Source: Mobula hypostoma (lineage: Eukaryota). From it: DNA of 64,000 nucleotides. Shown piece after piece: positions 51,001 through 63,705 of this stretch (position 1 is the stretch's first letter; each line of letters starts with the position of its first letter). The stretch spans positions 104,348,001 to 104,412,000 of the forward strand of contig NC_086107.1 in assembly GCF_963921235.1 (NCBI RefSeq). Direction: 5' to 3'. The translations under genes were made by a program, and so were the position numbers. The notes beneath the pieces were generated by a model that was not told where the DNA came from, made no database searches, and was given only the letters and a program-made list of their open reading frames with translations.

Positions 51001-51545
51001 CCTAATTTGGAGTATTGTGTGTAGTTTTGGTCACCTACCCACAGGAAAGCTGAAATGAGGTTTAAAGAGTACAGTGAAAACTTACAAGGATGTTGCTGGG
51101 TCTGAAGGTCCTGAGTTATAAGGAAAGATTGAATAGGTTAGGACTTTATTCCTTAGAATGTAGAAGATTGAGAGGAGATTTGATAGAGGTATACAAAATT
51201 ATGAAAGGTATAAATAGGGTAAATGCAAGCAGGTTTTTTCCACTGAGGTTGGGTGGGACCACAACTAGAGGTCATGGTTAAGGGTGAAAGGTGAAAAGTT
51301 TAAGGGGAACGTGAGGGGAAACTTCTTCACTCAGAGGGCTGTGAGAGTGTGGAACGAGCTGCCAGCGCAAGTGGTGCATGTGAGCTCAACTTCAATGTTC
51401 AAGCAAAATTCGGATAGGTACATGGATGGTAGGGGTATGGAGGGCTATGGTTCTGGTGCAGGGTCAATGAGAGTAGGCAATGTAAACAGTTCAGCGTGGA
51501 CTAGATGGGCCAAATGGCCTGTTTCTGTGCTGTACTTTTCTATGA
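48060..51545 (+). mobile_element. Degraded long CR1 ORF2 (endonuclease plus RT), interrupted at about 48311-48970
   Basis: Fragments LYYRPSNS, SDFNFPHIDW, DKSPGPD, FDFSKAFDKVPH, with many frameshifts. Confidence 0.9.
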
Positions 51546-52224
51546 AGGAATCTTCCAAGTTCATCTGGATTTTGTGTCTGGCAGGATTTCCCAGTGGCCA
51601 ACCATTTTAATTCCACTCCCCATACCCATTCTGACATGTCAGTTGATGGCCTCTTTTACTGCCACGATAATGCCACTCTCAGGACGAAGGAGCAACAGCA
51701 ACACCTCATAATCTATCTGGGTAGCCTCCAAGCTGACAGCATGAACATCAATTTCTCTAACTTTCAGTAATTCCTTCCCTCTCCCTCTCCTCTCCTTCTC
51801 CAATCCCCATTCTAGCTCCCCTCTTACCCCTTCTCCTCACCTCCTCCACCTATCACCTCATCTGGTGCTCCCCCCCTTCCCTTTCTCCATGGTCCACTCT
51901 CCTCTATCAGATTCCTTCCTCGGCCCCTTACTTTCTCCACCGATCACCTCCCAGCTTCTCACTTCATTCCCCACCCACTTTTCCCTTCACCTGCCAGCCT
52001 GTACTCCTTCCCCTTCCTCTCTGGTCATGATGAAGGGTCTTGGCTCGAAATATGAGCTGTTTATTCCTCTCCAGAGAAGCTGTCTGACCGGCTGGGTTCC
52101 TCCAGCATTTTGTGTGCGTTGCTCCAGTGTCAGCTCTGTTACTGCAAACATGTCCTGACGCAAAAACCAGTTATTAACTGTAATACTGATACATCTGATT
52201 TTAGCTGGGCTCTCTCGAACTACA

Positions 52225-52845
52225 GGGTGAATGTTATCGAATGTCTTCTAGCCTGGTCCCAACGTATCGATGCAGTTACAAAGAAGGCAAGACAGCGACT
52301 ATACTTCATTAGGAGTTTTAAGAGATTATGAAGGCTGCATCACTGTCTGGTTTGGAGGTGGTGGAGAGCTACTGCATGGGACTGAAAGAAGCTGCAGAGG
52401 GTTGTAAATTTAGCCGGCTCCATCTTGGGTACCAGCCTACAAAGTACCCAGGACATCTTTAGGGAGCGGTGTCTCAGAAAAGTGGCATCCACTATTAAGG
52501 ACCCCCACCACACAGGACCTTTTCTCACTGTTACCATCAGGTAGGAGGTACAGGAGCCTGAAGGTACTCACTCAGCGATTCAGAAACAGCTTCTTCCCCT
52601 CTGCCATCTGATTCCTAAGTGGACATTGAACCCATGAACACTACCTCACTTTTTAAAAATATATTACTGTATTTTGTTTTTGCATGATTTTAAATCTATT
52701 CATTATACATATACTGTAATTTATTTATTATCAATATTTTATTTTGTTTTTGTTCTATATTATGTGTCGCATTGAACTGCTGCTGCTAAGTTAGTAAATT
52801 TCACGACACATGCTGGTGATAATAAACCTGATTCTGATTCTGATT
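52225..52845 (+). mobile_element. Rex1-type LINE 3' fragment; related inverted copy at about 57890-58535
   Basis: KKARQRLYFIR.., (ATTCTG)n tail. Confidence 0.8.
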
Positions 52846-52953
52846 ATTATGATCACTGTCTCCTAAAGTTCCTTTATCTTAAGTTCCCTAATCAAAACTG
52901 GTTCATGGCACAACATCAAATCCAGAATGATCTCTTCCCTAGTGAGCGCAACC

Positions 52954-54365
52954 ACATCATCATCATCATCATCTGCCACGTCCTATGACGTGATCATAGG
53001 TCTTCCATCTCTCTTTAATCTGAGAACTTCTCTCTCCTCAGTACATGTCCCTGAAATTCTAGCTGTAGTTTCCTGATTGATGATAGCAGCTCTCTGTTTA
53101 TTCCAGAGTTTCGCAGCACCTCATTTGTTATTCTGTCCTTCCACAATATTTTCATCATTCTTCTCAAAAACCACATTTCTGCAGCTTCCTGTCTTCCCTC
53201 ATTTTGCTTTGATATTGTCCAACATTTATGTGTTAGTGTGGAATGAACGTAGCACCACAACACTCTGAGTTTCATACCCATAGGAAGTGTTATTCTTTAG
53301 CATCTTGCTCAAATGTTCAAACGCACATTTAACAATCCCAATTCTAATTTCAACATCAGATGTTATTGTGCTCACTCAGTAATTGAACTTTCATGTTTGT
53401 TTAATTGCTTTGTTGCCCACTTTCAGCTTTCATTACTGTATTTCTTCTTTGTGACAACCATGCATTCGGTCTACTTGCGGGTGATGGTCACTCCTCTCTT
53501 AGCATTTTCTTCGGCTTTATCTTGTATTTCTTGAAGCTTCTCTTTAGAAGGAGCTATCGGCACTGTGTGGTCTGTGCATCATAAATTGTTCAAATTGTAT
53601 CCACCAATTATCCTGCCTGGAATGCTGCTAACTTCTCTTAGAATCTTCTCACTATAAAGGTTGAATAGGTCGGGTGGGAGAACACAACCCTGTCTGACTC
53701 GCCTCTCAATCTAGACATTGTCTCATCAACTTGTCTCATTTTCAACTCTCATTCCTGCTCTTTGCTCCCAATACAAATTTCTGCTGACTCTGATATCTTT
53801 CCCGTCATTGTCCAAGCGCTGAAGGATTCTTATAAGCTCCTTGTGACTGACCCTTTATCAAAAGCTTTGGTAAACTTTGCCTTTCAATGAAACAATGGAC
53901 CTCTGTGACGTGCTCACGGATCATTCTGAAGATGAAGACTGCAAAAAAAATTTTGCGTTCCACAATCCTCAATGAAGTCACAGTGCTCTTGTGTAATCTC
54001 TGGTTTATTGCTGGCATCATGATGATCCATAGCAGGAGTGTTACAACGTGACTCATCAAACTAATTGTGTGCTGTAACTCGCATGCAATTGCTCCAGGAC
54101 TTTTCAGCAGTGCAATACATACTGATTTGGCTCATTTCCTCAGTTAGTTCCCTGCTATCATACATTCCGTTCAGCAAATCTATCAACCCTTCAATCTTGA
54201 AATCTTTCAGTGCTTTAATCATTTTATAGCTATGCCATCTGGTCTAATTTTCCCCAATGTCGTTTTAATTTCTGATTTTATAATTGGTGTGCCGTCCACA
54301 TTGTTGGCAATTATTGGCTTCTCTCCTCTTGTATCTTCAAACAAGTCGGCAACGTAATCAGAGCA
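52954..54365 (-). mobile_element. RTE-clade LINE 3' part
   Basis: EAAEMWFLRRMMKILWKDRITNE, decayed RQGCVL.PDLFNLYSE; (GAT)n tail. Confidence 0.8.
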
Positions 54366-55161
54366 TCGAGGTCACCTACAAGCTGCTCTAAAAATCATAA
54401 ATACAAGCGATTCTGCAGATCCTGGAAATCCAGAGAAACACACGCAAAATGCTGGAAGAACTCATCAAATCAGGGAGCACATCCTTCAGGAATCTCAATC
54501 CTTGTGACAGAATTGTGACTATTCTCTTGAGTACACTGTGCCAAATTACAACTTTATTTCTCTCACCCCTCTTGAGTGGCTCATGGAGTAGCAATTCAGT
54601 TGTTCATCCTTCCTGCTGCCCCCCTCTCTCATCCTCACAGGGAACAATTTCAGAGCTGTTTGGCAAGGTCAAGGACGGAGGCTCCTCCGGCACTTGGATT
54701 CCCCCATCTGCCTCACTCTCAGCCACACCCTCTCGTCCCTGATTAACTGCTTCCAACCTGGTCTGTAATCTAATGAGCGTGACTGCCTCCTGAAACACAA
54801 AGTCCAGCCAACTCTCCTCCTCGCTGATGTGTCACAGTGTTTGAAGCTCAGATTCCAACTCATTCACTTTGAGCCTGAATTGTTCGAGCAGCCAATGCCT
54901 GTTGCGGGCTTCAGGTAGCCACAGTGGCAAACAAAAAGGCCTGGATGACATCTCCGATGTCTTTTCCAGCAACTTGATCACCACATGAAGTTCTAGAAAC
55001 CCAAGATCCTACTTTAAATTGGATTATTTGCTCAACTCACCCTGTAGTCCAAGGGTTAAAAAAAACAACTTTCTTCTCCCTCCCATTTAAACTACAAAGG
55101 CTCAGCTAGTGCACCAAGGCATAACTAAACAAAATTCATCATCCCAAGATGCTTACCACAA

Positions 55162-56024
55162 TGTTACATACTTCATGGATATCTTGTGACTGTCTTATGA
55201 GGATGATGTAATGGTCTTGCGGAGGTCACGTGATGTAATTTTCCTGCCGATGTGAGGTCACGTGATGACCTGTTCTCACCAGGTATATAAGGGTAGACCC
55301 CTGGTGACGCAGTTAATTTTCAGTTAGATCGTCAAATACTCCGCTAAGCTGCTTATTAATCTCATGACACGGTATAGTTTTAAAATGGAGTTTTACTTTC
55401 TATTGTAAGGTACAGAAGTGTTGGGCCGGCAGTTTCACCAATAGCTGCCAGATTTGTTGATGTACCTTTTCAGTAATATTGGAGAGTGAAGACAGTAACC
55501 TGAAGGAGTCGTTCGACGGTTTTGGAGAGAATCGACCATTATTGAATTCGTTCAAGAAGGAGTGATCTGCATGAGATAGCCTCTGCTAAAAGCAGCAGAA
55601 AAGGCTGTGCAGTATCTAGTATCCCGAGGGAAAGGTCAGTGTCTTTAAACTGTTTTATTTCCGTCGTTGTGAATCCTGCGGATAAGGCAGGATCCGGCTA
55701 GGATTGGCAGTGACGTCGAGTCTTTGAGGAATCCTTTACTTCAGGAAAGTCTCTCCTAATTGACTGTATAAATCCCTTGGACTTTCGAATTTACCATTCT
55801 AAGAACTGTGTTTGAATTTACCACTTTAAGAACTGTTTTTGCATTTATCGCTTTAACTACTAGTGCAGAGTGGAGGTTTGTTAAATGGCCGCATAGCAGT
55901 TTACTTCCGGTTAAGATTTTTCGTTTGTTTATCATTTTACTAATTTTGAGCAGAGTTTAATAAATGTTTATTTGTTTATAAAACCTGACTCATTTCTATA
56001 TTCATTGTTGCCGGTCACGTGACA
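55162..56024 (+). mobile_element. Solo LTR (Gypsy/ERV-like), 863 bp
   Basis: TGTTAC...GTGACA termini; 4-bp TSD ACAA; TATATAA at about 55284; AATAAA at about 55959; repeated GTCACGTGA E-boxes. Confidence 0.85.
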
Positions 56025-56144
56025 ACAAAAAGAGGTCATCTGCCTGCAATCCAGCAAGATTTTCAATGTAGCTTTACTTTGAGCAGTAAGCACACAGAAG
56101 AAAGCCTGGCATATGGGAAAGCAGGACATAATAAGGAAGACCAG

Positions 56145-57645
56145 ACCCAAACAGTCCCCACCACCCCCACCTCCACTCTCCTCCACCTGGCAGACCTTGT
56201 CCTCACTCTCAATAATTTCTCCTTTGGCTCCTCCCACTTCCTTCAAACAAAAGGTGTAGCCACGGACACTCGCATGGATCCCAGCTATGCCTGCCTTTTT
56301 GTCGGCTACGTGGAACAGTCTATGTTCCAAGTCTACACTGGACTGCAGCCGAAGCTCGTCGTCTTCATCAACTTTGCCTCCAACTTCCACCCTGCCCTCA
56401 AATTTACCTGGTCCATTTCTGACACCTCCCTCCCCTTTCTCAATCTCTCTGTCTCTAGAGACAGCTTATCCACTGATGTCTATTCTAAACTCACTGACTC
56501 TCAGAACTACCAAGAATATACCTCTCCCATCCCTGATACTTGTAAAAATGTCATCCTCTTCTCTCAATTCCTCTGTCTCCACATCTGCTCTCAGGGTGAG
56601 GCTTTTCATTCCAGAACTAAGGAGATGTCCTCCTTCTTCAAAGAAAGGGGCTTCCCTTCCTCCACCGTCAATGCTGCCCTCGACCGCGTCTCTTCCACTT
56701 TGCGCACATCTGCTCTTACCCCATCCTTCCGCCACCCTACCAGGGATAGGGTTCCTCTTGTCCTCACCCACCACCCCACCAGCCTCAGCATCCAGCCATC
56801 TCCAATGGGATCCCATCACCAAACACATCTTCCCCACCTTGGGCCCCACTTTCTCCTTTCCACAGCGATGGCGCCCCACATGACTCTGTTGTCCATTCAT
56901 CCCTCCCCACTAATCTTTCTCCTGGCACTTATCCTTGCAAGCGGAGCAAGTGCTACACCTGCCCCTACACCTCCTCCCTCACCACCATTCAGGGCCCCAA
57001 ACAGTCCTTCCAGGTGAGGTGACACTTCACCTGTGAGTCTGTTGGGGTCATCTATTGTGTCTGGTGTCACCTCAGGAGACTGCTTCGCTCATCCGCCAGA
57101 AAAAGATGGTGTCTCCCAGTGGCCACCCATTTTAATTCTACTTCCCATTCCCATTCTGACACTCAGTCCATGGCCTCCTCTACTGCCGCGATGAGGCCAC
57201 ACTCGAGTTGGAAAAGCAATTCCATCTGGGTAGCCTCCAACCTGATGGCATGAACATCGATTTCCTTGAACTTCTGGTGATGCCACGCCCCCTTCCCCTC
57301 TCTCACCTTATCTCCTTACCTGCCCAACACCTCCCTCTGGTGCTCCTCCCCTCTTCTTTCTTCCGTGGCCTTCCATCCTCTCCTAGCAGATTCCCCCTTC
57401 TCCAGCCCTGTATCTCTTCACCAATCAACTTCCCAGCTCTTCACTTCAACCCTCCCTCCCTCCGAGTTTCACTTATCACCGAGTGTTTCTTCCCCCCCCC
57501 TCCCCACCTTCTTACTCTGACCCCTCATCTTTTTCCCCCTAGTCCTGATTCAGGGTTTCAGCCCGAAACTGCCTGGCCCGCTGAGTTCCTCCAGTATCTT
57601 GTGCGTGCTGCTTGGATTTCCGGCATCTGCAGGCTTCCTCTTGTT
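56145..57645 (+). mobile_element. Penelope-like element: RT, decayed GIY-YIG region and 3' end
   Basis: ADLVLTLNNFSF..FLQTKGVA..RMDPSYACLFVGYVEQ..FINFASNFHPALKFT..FFKERGFP. Related 3' fragments at about 4100-4990 (minus), 21365-22105, 29030-29545, 44478-44960, 47620-47885 (minus) and 51585-52125. Confidence 0.85.
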
Positions 57646-60600
57646 AATTGCTTTATTTCTGCATGTTTGTTTGAAGCTGCTGATGATAACTTTAATGGAT
57701 TTTCCCCCGTGTATTGATGCCAACCTCACTCTCTTCCCAGAAGTAGGGTGAGAGAATATTTGCCTGCTGCAGTCTTGTATTATCTCAGTGGACGTGGACG
57801 CCCTAGTGGGAGCAGTTTAAAGGCTGAAGTGCATGAGGAAGATAAGGCACAGGAGGAATGTCATGATATCAGTGCTGGGCAATGCAATAATCAGAATCAG
57901 GTTTATTATCATTGGCACGTGACGTGAAATTTGTTAACTTAGCAGCAGCAGTTCAATGCAATACATAATCTAGCAGCGAGAGTGAAAAAATAATAAAACA
58001 TAATAAACAAGTAAATCAATTATGTATATTGAATAGATTGTTTAAAAATGTGCAAAAACAGGAATACTGTATATATATATATATTTTTATTTAAAAGTGA
58101 GGTAGTGTCCAAAGCTTCAATGTCCATTTAGGAATCGGTTGGCGGAGGGGAAGAAGCTGTTCCTGAATCACTGAGTATGTGCCTTCAGGCTTCTGTATCT
58201 CCTACCTGACGGTAACAGTGAGAAAAGGGCATGCCCTGGGCACTGGAGGTCCTTAATAATGGACACTGCCTTTCTGAGACACCACTCCCTAAAGATGTCC
58301 TGGGTACTTTGTAGGCTAGTGCCAAGATGGAGCTGACTAGATTTACAACCGTCTGCAGCTTCTTTCGGTCCTGTGCAGTAGCCCCCCCGCCCCATATCAG
58401 ACAGTGATGCAGCCTGTCAGAAAGCTCTCCATGGTACATCTATAGAAGTTTTTGAGTGTATTTGTTGATATACCAAATCTCTTCAAAATCCTAATAAAGT
58501 ATAGACGCGGTCTTGCCTTCTTTGTAACTACATCAGACTCATTGTGAGAATGTACTGGCACCCTGACAAAAGCAAATAAAACAAGCATTCAATTCACCAA
58601 ACCCATTTTCCAGTCATGGAGAGAAAGAACAATTAAAATCACGAGGTACCTGATAACCTCCACCCACCCCCCCAAAATTGACTGTTACGATAGTTATCCA
58701 TGTCAGTGTAGAGTAAAGCACAGTACAGGCCCTTCAGCCCCACGCTCTTGTGCCGACCTTTCAAACCATCCTCAGTCTTTAAGTATTTCTTCTGTGGGGT
58801 TGTTTAGAATGGACAATTCTGCAAATTAAAACTCTGGGTTTTAAGAATTTTTTCAATATATTATTAGGCAGTGATTCAAAGTTCAAAGTAAATTTATTAT
58901 CAAAGTTCATATACGTCAGCATATACAACCCTGAGATTCATTTTCTTGTGGGTATTCACAGTAAATACAAGAAATACAATATAATCAATGCCCCCAAAAA
59001 GGACAGATAATCAAAGTGCAAAAAACACCAAACTGCTCCAAATACAAGAAATAATAATAAATGTGCAATAAGTATTGAAAACATAACACAGTGTCCTTGA
59101 AATGAGTCCAGCTAACAGACATTTAGTCAACGGCTGTCTTAGGTCAGTAATGTTAGTGACAGGTCAGTTAGTTCTAACATAAACAGGTAGCACTCTACAA
59201 ACACCTCACTATGAGACAGCACCATTTGCCTTTACTAACCTTTTCCTTTTTATATAGCTATAAAAACTCTTGCAGTCTATTTTTATCTTTTGCTTTTATT
59301 TTCTAAAACAAAGACCATGAAATTAATTTCAATTTCAAAATATTCCCAAAATCCTGATTCTGGGAACTTTAATTTCCCCTGTCAGCCACAGATGAGCCAC
59401 TTTCCCTATTAAAATTTTGTCCCTTAAAGAATCTAATTCTGCAAATTATGCATTATTTCTTAAAAGCCACTAATTTCCTGTCCTCAGTCACAGTTTTAGA
59501 TGTGTTTTCTTTCCCCCCCAGTCCAACCATAGCTTTGGTGCTCTTAAGATCGTAGTCCTAGATCAAAATTGCATCACTAGGTGCAAAATTCATTATGATC
59601 ACTCTTCCCCAAGGGGCCCTTTTATCACAAGGCTGGCAATTAACCTTCTGCACTACGCCAAGAGCAAAAGGCTCCAAGAGCCTTTTCAAGTGGGTTCCTT
59701 AACTTGGTGATTATACTTAGATTACTGTGAATTCAACCTCCACCTTACCACCACTTGCCCAATCTATACGCACTCAGTTTCTGTATTGGCCCTGCTCCAA
59801 TTTCCTGATTTACACAGTCCCACTGTTACAGCTAGTACAATTTGGAGGCTTCTGGTTCATTTCTAATGTTTCCAGGCTATTTGTCATTTCTTAGGTCCAC
59901 CCAAATTAATTCTGATTCTGCAGGATCTGCTTGAACAAAAATTTGTTTCTCACTGCTCTATAGATATCATCCCCTTTATAACACATTTCCACTTTTACCA
60001 TCTCCCTCCGTGTTGAAACCCCTTTAAATCAGGCAGCTCTGGTCACAATGCAGTCACATTTTGTAACTGGAACTAACTCCAGCCACCCAGCTTCAATGCC
60101 GACCCCCAATGCAGCCTGGGTTGAGCTTGTGTGTTCTCACTGTGGGCTACTTGGGTTTCTCCATGGGGAGACAGTAAAGGCAAATGCCCCAGGAGAGCCA
60201 GGCTGGTGGGACAGTGCGGGAACACGCCCAGAAGAACCCAATAGCGGGTAAGGGTTGGTAAACAAAAGCAGTGCCTGTTAGTTGGTACGGATCTCATGGG
60301 TTGGAGCAGGGATTCCTAACCTGCGGGTCCACGGACTCCTCGGTCCATGGTAAGACCCCATGGCATAACAAAAGGTTTTGGGTTAAAGGGATTGATCCAC
60401 TCAGTTTATGCCTACCTCGCTGTGAATGCTGCACACACTCAGATGTAGCTCCAACAATTCTGCTGTTTTAACATTGACCCCAGAACCTTGACCCTATTTT
60501 CTTGGTTTTCATTCATTCGTTCTGCTTTGTCTCCTTCCTAAATTCCTTTATGAAACACTGTGCCAGTCGCCGGGGACAAAATTTATGAAAGTACGAGTTT

Positions 60601-60969
60601 CTGCACTGCACGGAGCTGGCGAGGGCTCGGTTTCGAATCCACAATCAGAGTGCATCCCCAAACCAAAAGAAACATCTGAAGGCCCAATAATAGGAGTGGC
60701 TTCATTGCAATTTTACAAGGTCTCAGGTGAGTATTACAATGAAAGTGCTTGACAGAAGTGAGAATTAAAAACACTGGATGCTGAAAATTCACAACAAGAA
60801 CAGAAAATGCTGGAAACACTCAGGTCAGAACTCATTTGTTGCAAGAGGAACTATGTTTCTGGTCAGAACCTTTGGCAGCATTTTCTGTTTTTGTCCCCCA
60901 CCCACCCGTCCCCAGGTGTGCTTGTGTCCGTAACCCAGCTCAGGGGGGGGAGCTCCAGCTCTCTGCAGC

Positions 60970-61173
60970 TCACTTGCCGTAAAGCCTCGTCCACACAGCG
61001 CGCCTGTGCTCCGGGTCCAAGCAGTGGCCAATGGCAGCCTCGGTACTGGCAATGCGACGCTCGAATCTGCTTCGGTCTCGAGCGCACTGTTCCCAGGGAC
61101 CTTTACGAGCAGCTCGCGAGGCAAAGTCCCACACGATCATCCGGTGAATTTCAACCACGGGAGAAAACCGGAC
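60970..61173 (-). CDS. PPP1R15A: PPP1R15A (GADD34)-like last exon: PP1- and eIF2-alpha-binding C-terminal domain
   Basis: ctccttcag|VRFSPVVEIHRMIVWDFASRAARKGPWEQCARDRSRFERRIASTEAAIGHCLDPEHRRAVWTRLYGK*. KVRF, RxGxW and ARDRSRF motifs are present. Confidence 0.92.
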   Translation of the reverse strand, partial: VRFSPVVEIHRMIVWDFASRAARKGPWEQCARDRSRFERRIASTEAAIGHCLDPEHRRAVWTRLYGK

Positions 61174-62024
61174 CTGAAGGAGAGAACAACCAGTTACGTG
61201 AAGCTTCTCCCTCCTTTGCGCTTCGGCTAATCCAGTCACCGCAAGTCCCTGCTGCTGACACCCAATGTGTACATGCAGGCAGATATTTAGTGTCAGGATT
61301 AATCCGTGGTTCGTTAAGATTCATGGATCTTTCAAATGCAGCTAACCAAAGCAGAAAATTGTGCAGGAAGCACTGAATGATATTACAATTAATGGGCTTC
61401 CTGCTCAGAGTCACATTTCACTTACATTAACAAAACATTTCATCGAGTTTCCACAACACAGATGAGTCATCAGAAGCCTCAGTAATGAGTCAGAGCTCAG
61501 AGAAAGGTCTTGGGGCTCAGTTCAGTGCCAACAATAATGACTACCAAGCTAGATATATTTCCCTGTACTTGACTCATATCCCACCTATCCTTGCATCTAT
61601 CTAAAAGAATACTGCTCATGTCACGACCACTTCCTCCCACAGCTCATCCCACATTACACTATGTGAAGTCACCCCTCAGAGTTTTATTCCCTTCCGAGTA
61701 AAAGCACTGAATCTCAAGGTAGTACCTGGCAACGTAAACACAGTGCCCTCTTAATGAGGTACCTCCTGTACTGGGACATAACATCTCAGTCTGTGTACTC
61801 AAAGCCCTGAACAAAGAAAGCCAACATATTAAATTGCCTTCTTCACCACCCTCTCTACTTTTACGTGCTTGTTCTCCCAAGTCGTTCTGTTTCCACAACC
61901 GTTCCCCAGGGCCCCAATCATTCATTGCAAGGACTCCACCCTAGTTTGACTTGGCAACATGTTATATTTTCACATTCACCTGAATTGAAAGCCACCTGCC
62001 AGTTTTCAACCCCTTACCTAGCTG

Positions 62025-62682
62025 ACTGAAATCTCACTTAACTTGCCCCACGCCCTGGATTCCTAGCTGAATGAAATCTCACTTAACTTGTCCCACACCC
62101 TGAATTCCTCACTGATTGAAATCCCACTTGCCCCACACCCTGAATTCCTCACTGATCGAAATCCCACTTGTCCCACACCGAGTTCCTCACTCATTGAAAT
62201 CCCACTTGTCCCACACCCTGAATTCCTCACTGATCGAAATCCCACTTGTCCCACACCGAGTTCCTCACTCATTGAAATCCCACTTGTCCCACACCCTGAA
62301 TTCCTCACTGATCGAAATCCCACTTGTCCCACACCCTGAGTTCCTCACTGATTGAAATCCCACTTGTCCCACACCCTGAGTTCCTCACTGATTGAAATCC
62401 CACTTGTCCCACACCGAGTTCCTCACTGATTGAAATCCCACTTGTCCCACACCCTGAGTTCCTCACTGATTAAAATCCCACTTGTCCCACACCCTGAGTT
62501 CCTCACTGATTGAAATTCCACTTGTCCCACACCCTGAATTCCTCACTGATTGAAATCCCACTTGTCCCACACCCTGAGTTCCTCACTGATTGAAATCCCA
62601 CTTGTCCCACACCGAGTTCCTCACTGATTGAAATCCCACTTGTCCCACACCCTGAATTCCTCACTGATCGGAACCCCACTTA
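62025..62682. repeat. 38-40 bp minisatellite, about 16 copies, in the last intron of the PPP1R15A-like gene
   Basis: Unit gaaatcccacttgtcccacaccctga(a/g)ttcctcactgat(t/c), head-to-tail with no spacers. Confidence 0.95.
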
Positions 62683-63705
62683 ACTTTTGATAACCACCTT
62701 GAGGAACTCAGTTGGTTGAGGCCGACCGAGGATGTCGCATCCTATCACAGGCCAAGGCAGTACAATAGAGCAAGCTGTTGCCCATGCAGCAGGCTCCCAA
62801 CACCCCACCCCTCCCATGTAGCTGATGAAGCGAAAGCAACAACAGTTTGGCACCAGCAGTGTTGTCAGTGATAACCCCCTGCATTGTATGATAACACTTA
62901 CTTTAACACATCATGCTTAAACTTACTAATCACGTATATATAACAAAGGTCACAGCCCAGGCCCCTGTGCCAGACCACTATTCAGAAGCCTCCAATGAGG
63001 TATCACATCCTGGAAGTAGAGCTGTCATTCTACTTCCCACTATTATGAATCCAATGAGATATTGAACCCGGATTCCAGGTGACATATGTCCTCAAAGGGG
63101 TGGGAAGGGGATGCGGGAGAAATTCTCCTACAGTGGCACGGTGGGTGGGAGAGCACTCCCAACCAGATGTAGAACTGTGCTGGGGACAGGAATACAACAC
63201 CTAAAGGCATTTTCGTGGAATGAAGGGACTCCTGCAGGTTCCAGCAAAACACGAGGACTTCTCCTTCCAGGACAGGGTTTAATAGACTATGGCTTCATTC
63301 CCTGGAGCGCAGGAGAATGAGGGGAGATTTGATAGAGGTAGACAAAAGGTATGAGGGGTATAGATGAGGGAAGTGCAAGCAGGCCGTTTCCACTGAGGTT
63401 GGGTGAGACTAGAACTTGAAGCCATGCTCCAGCCAGGTGCAATGTTTAAGCAGCAGCTGATGGGGAACTTTTGCACTAGATTGTGGTCCAAGTGGCCAGC
63501 AGGAGTGCTGGATGCAGGTTTGATTTCAAAATTTAAGTACATGAATGGGAGAGCTTTGGAAGGCTATGGTCCAGAAGCAGGTCAATAGGACTAGGTGGAA
63601 TAATAGTTTGGCATGGACTAGATGGGCCAAAGGGCCTGTTTCTGTGCTGTTGACTATCTGCTGGGCAAAACATGGCAATCTGAATTCCAGTATGTTGGTT
63701 CCTAC

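Noticed and set aside
56019..57017. 332-aa ORF as a functional gene or active reverse transcriptase
   Set aside because: Penelope RT fragment with the catalytic DD-containing segment missing and a frameshifted end.
60807..61376. 189-aa plus-strand ORF overlapping the PPP1R15A-like exon
   Set aside because: Antisense shadow of a GC-rich coding exon with no recognisable domain.
62025..62682. CRISPR-like array
   Set aside because: Units are contiguous with no unique spacers, there are no cas genes, and it lies in a eukaryotic intron.
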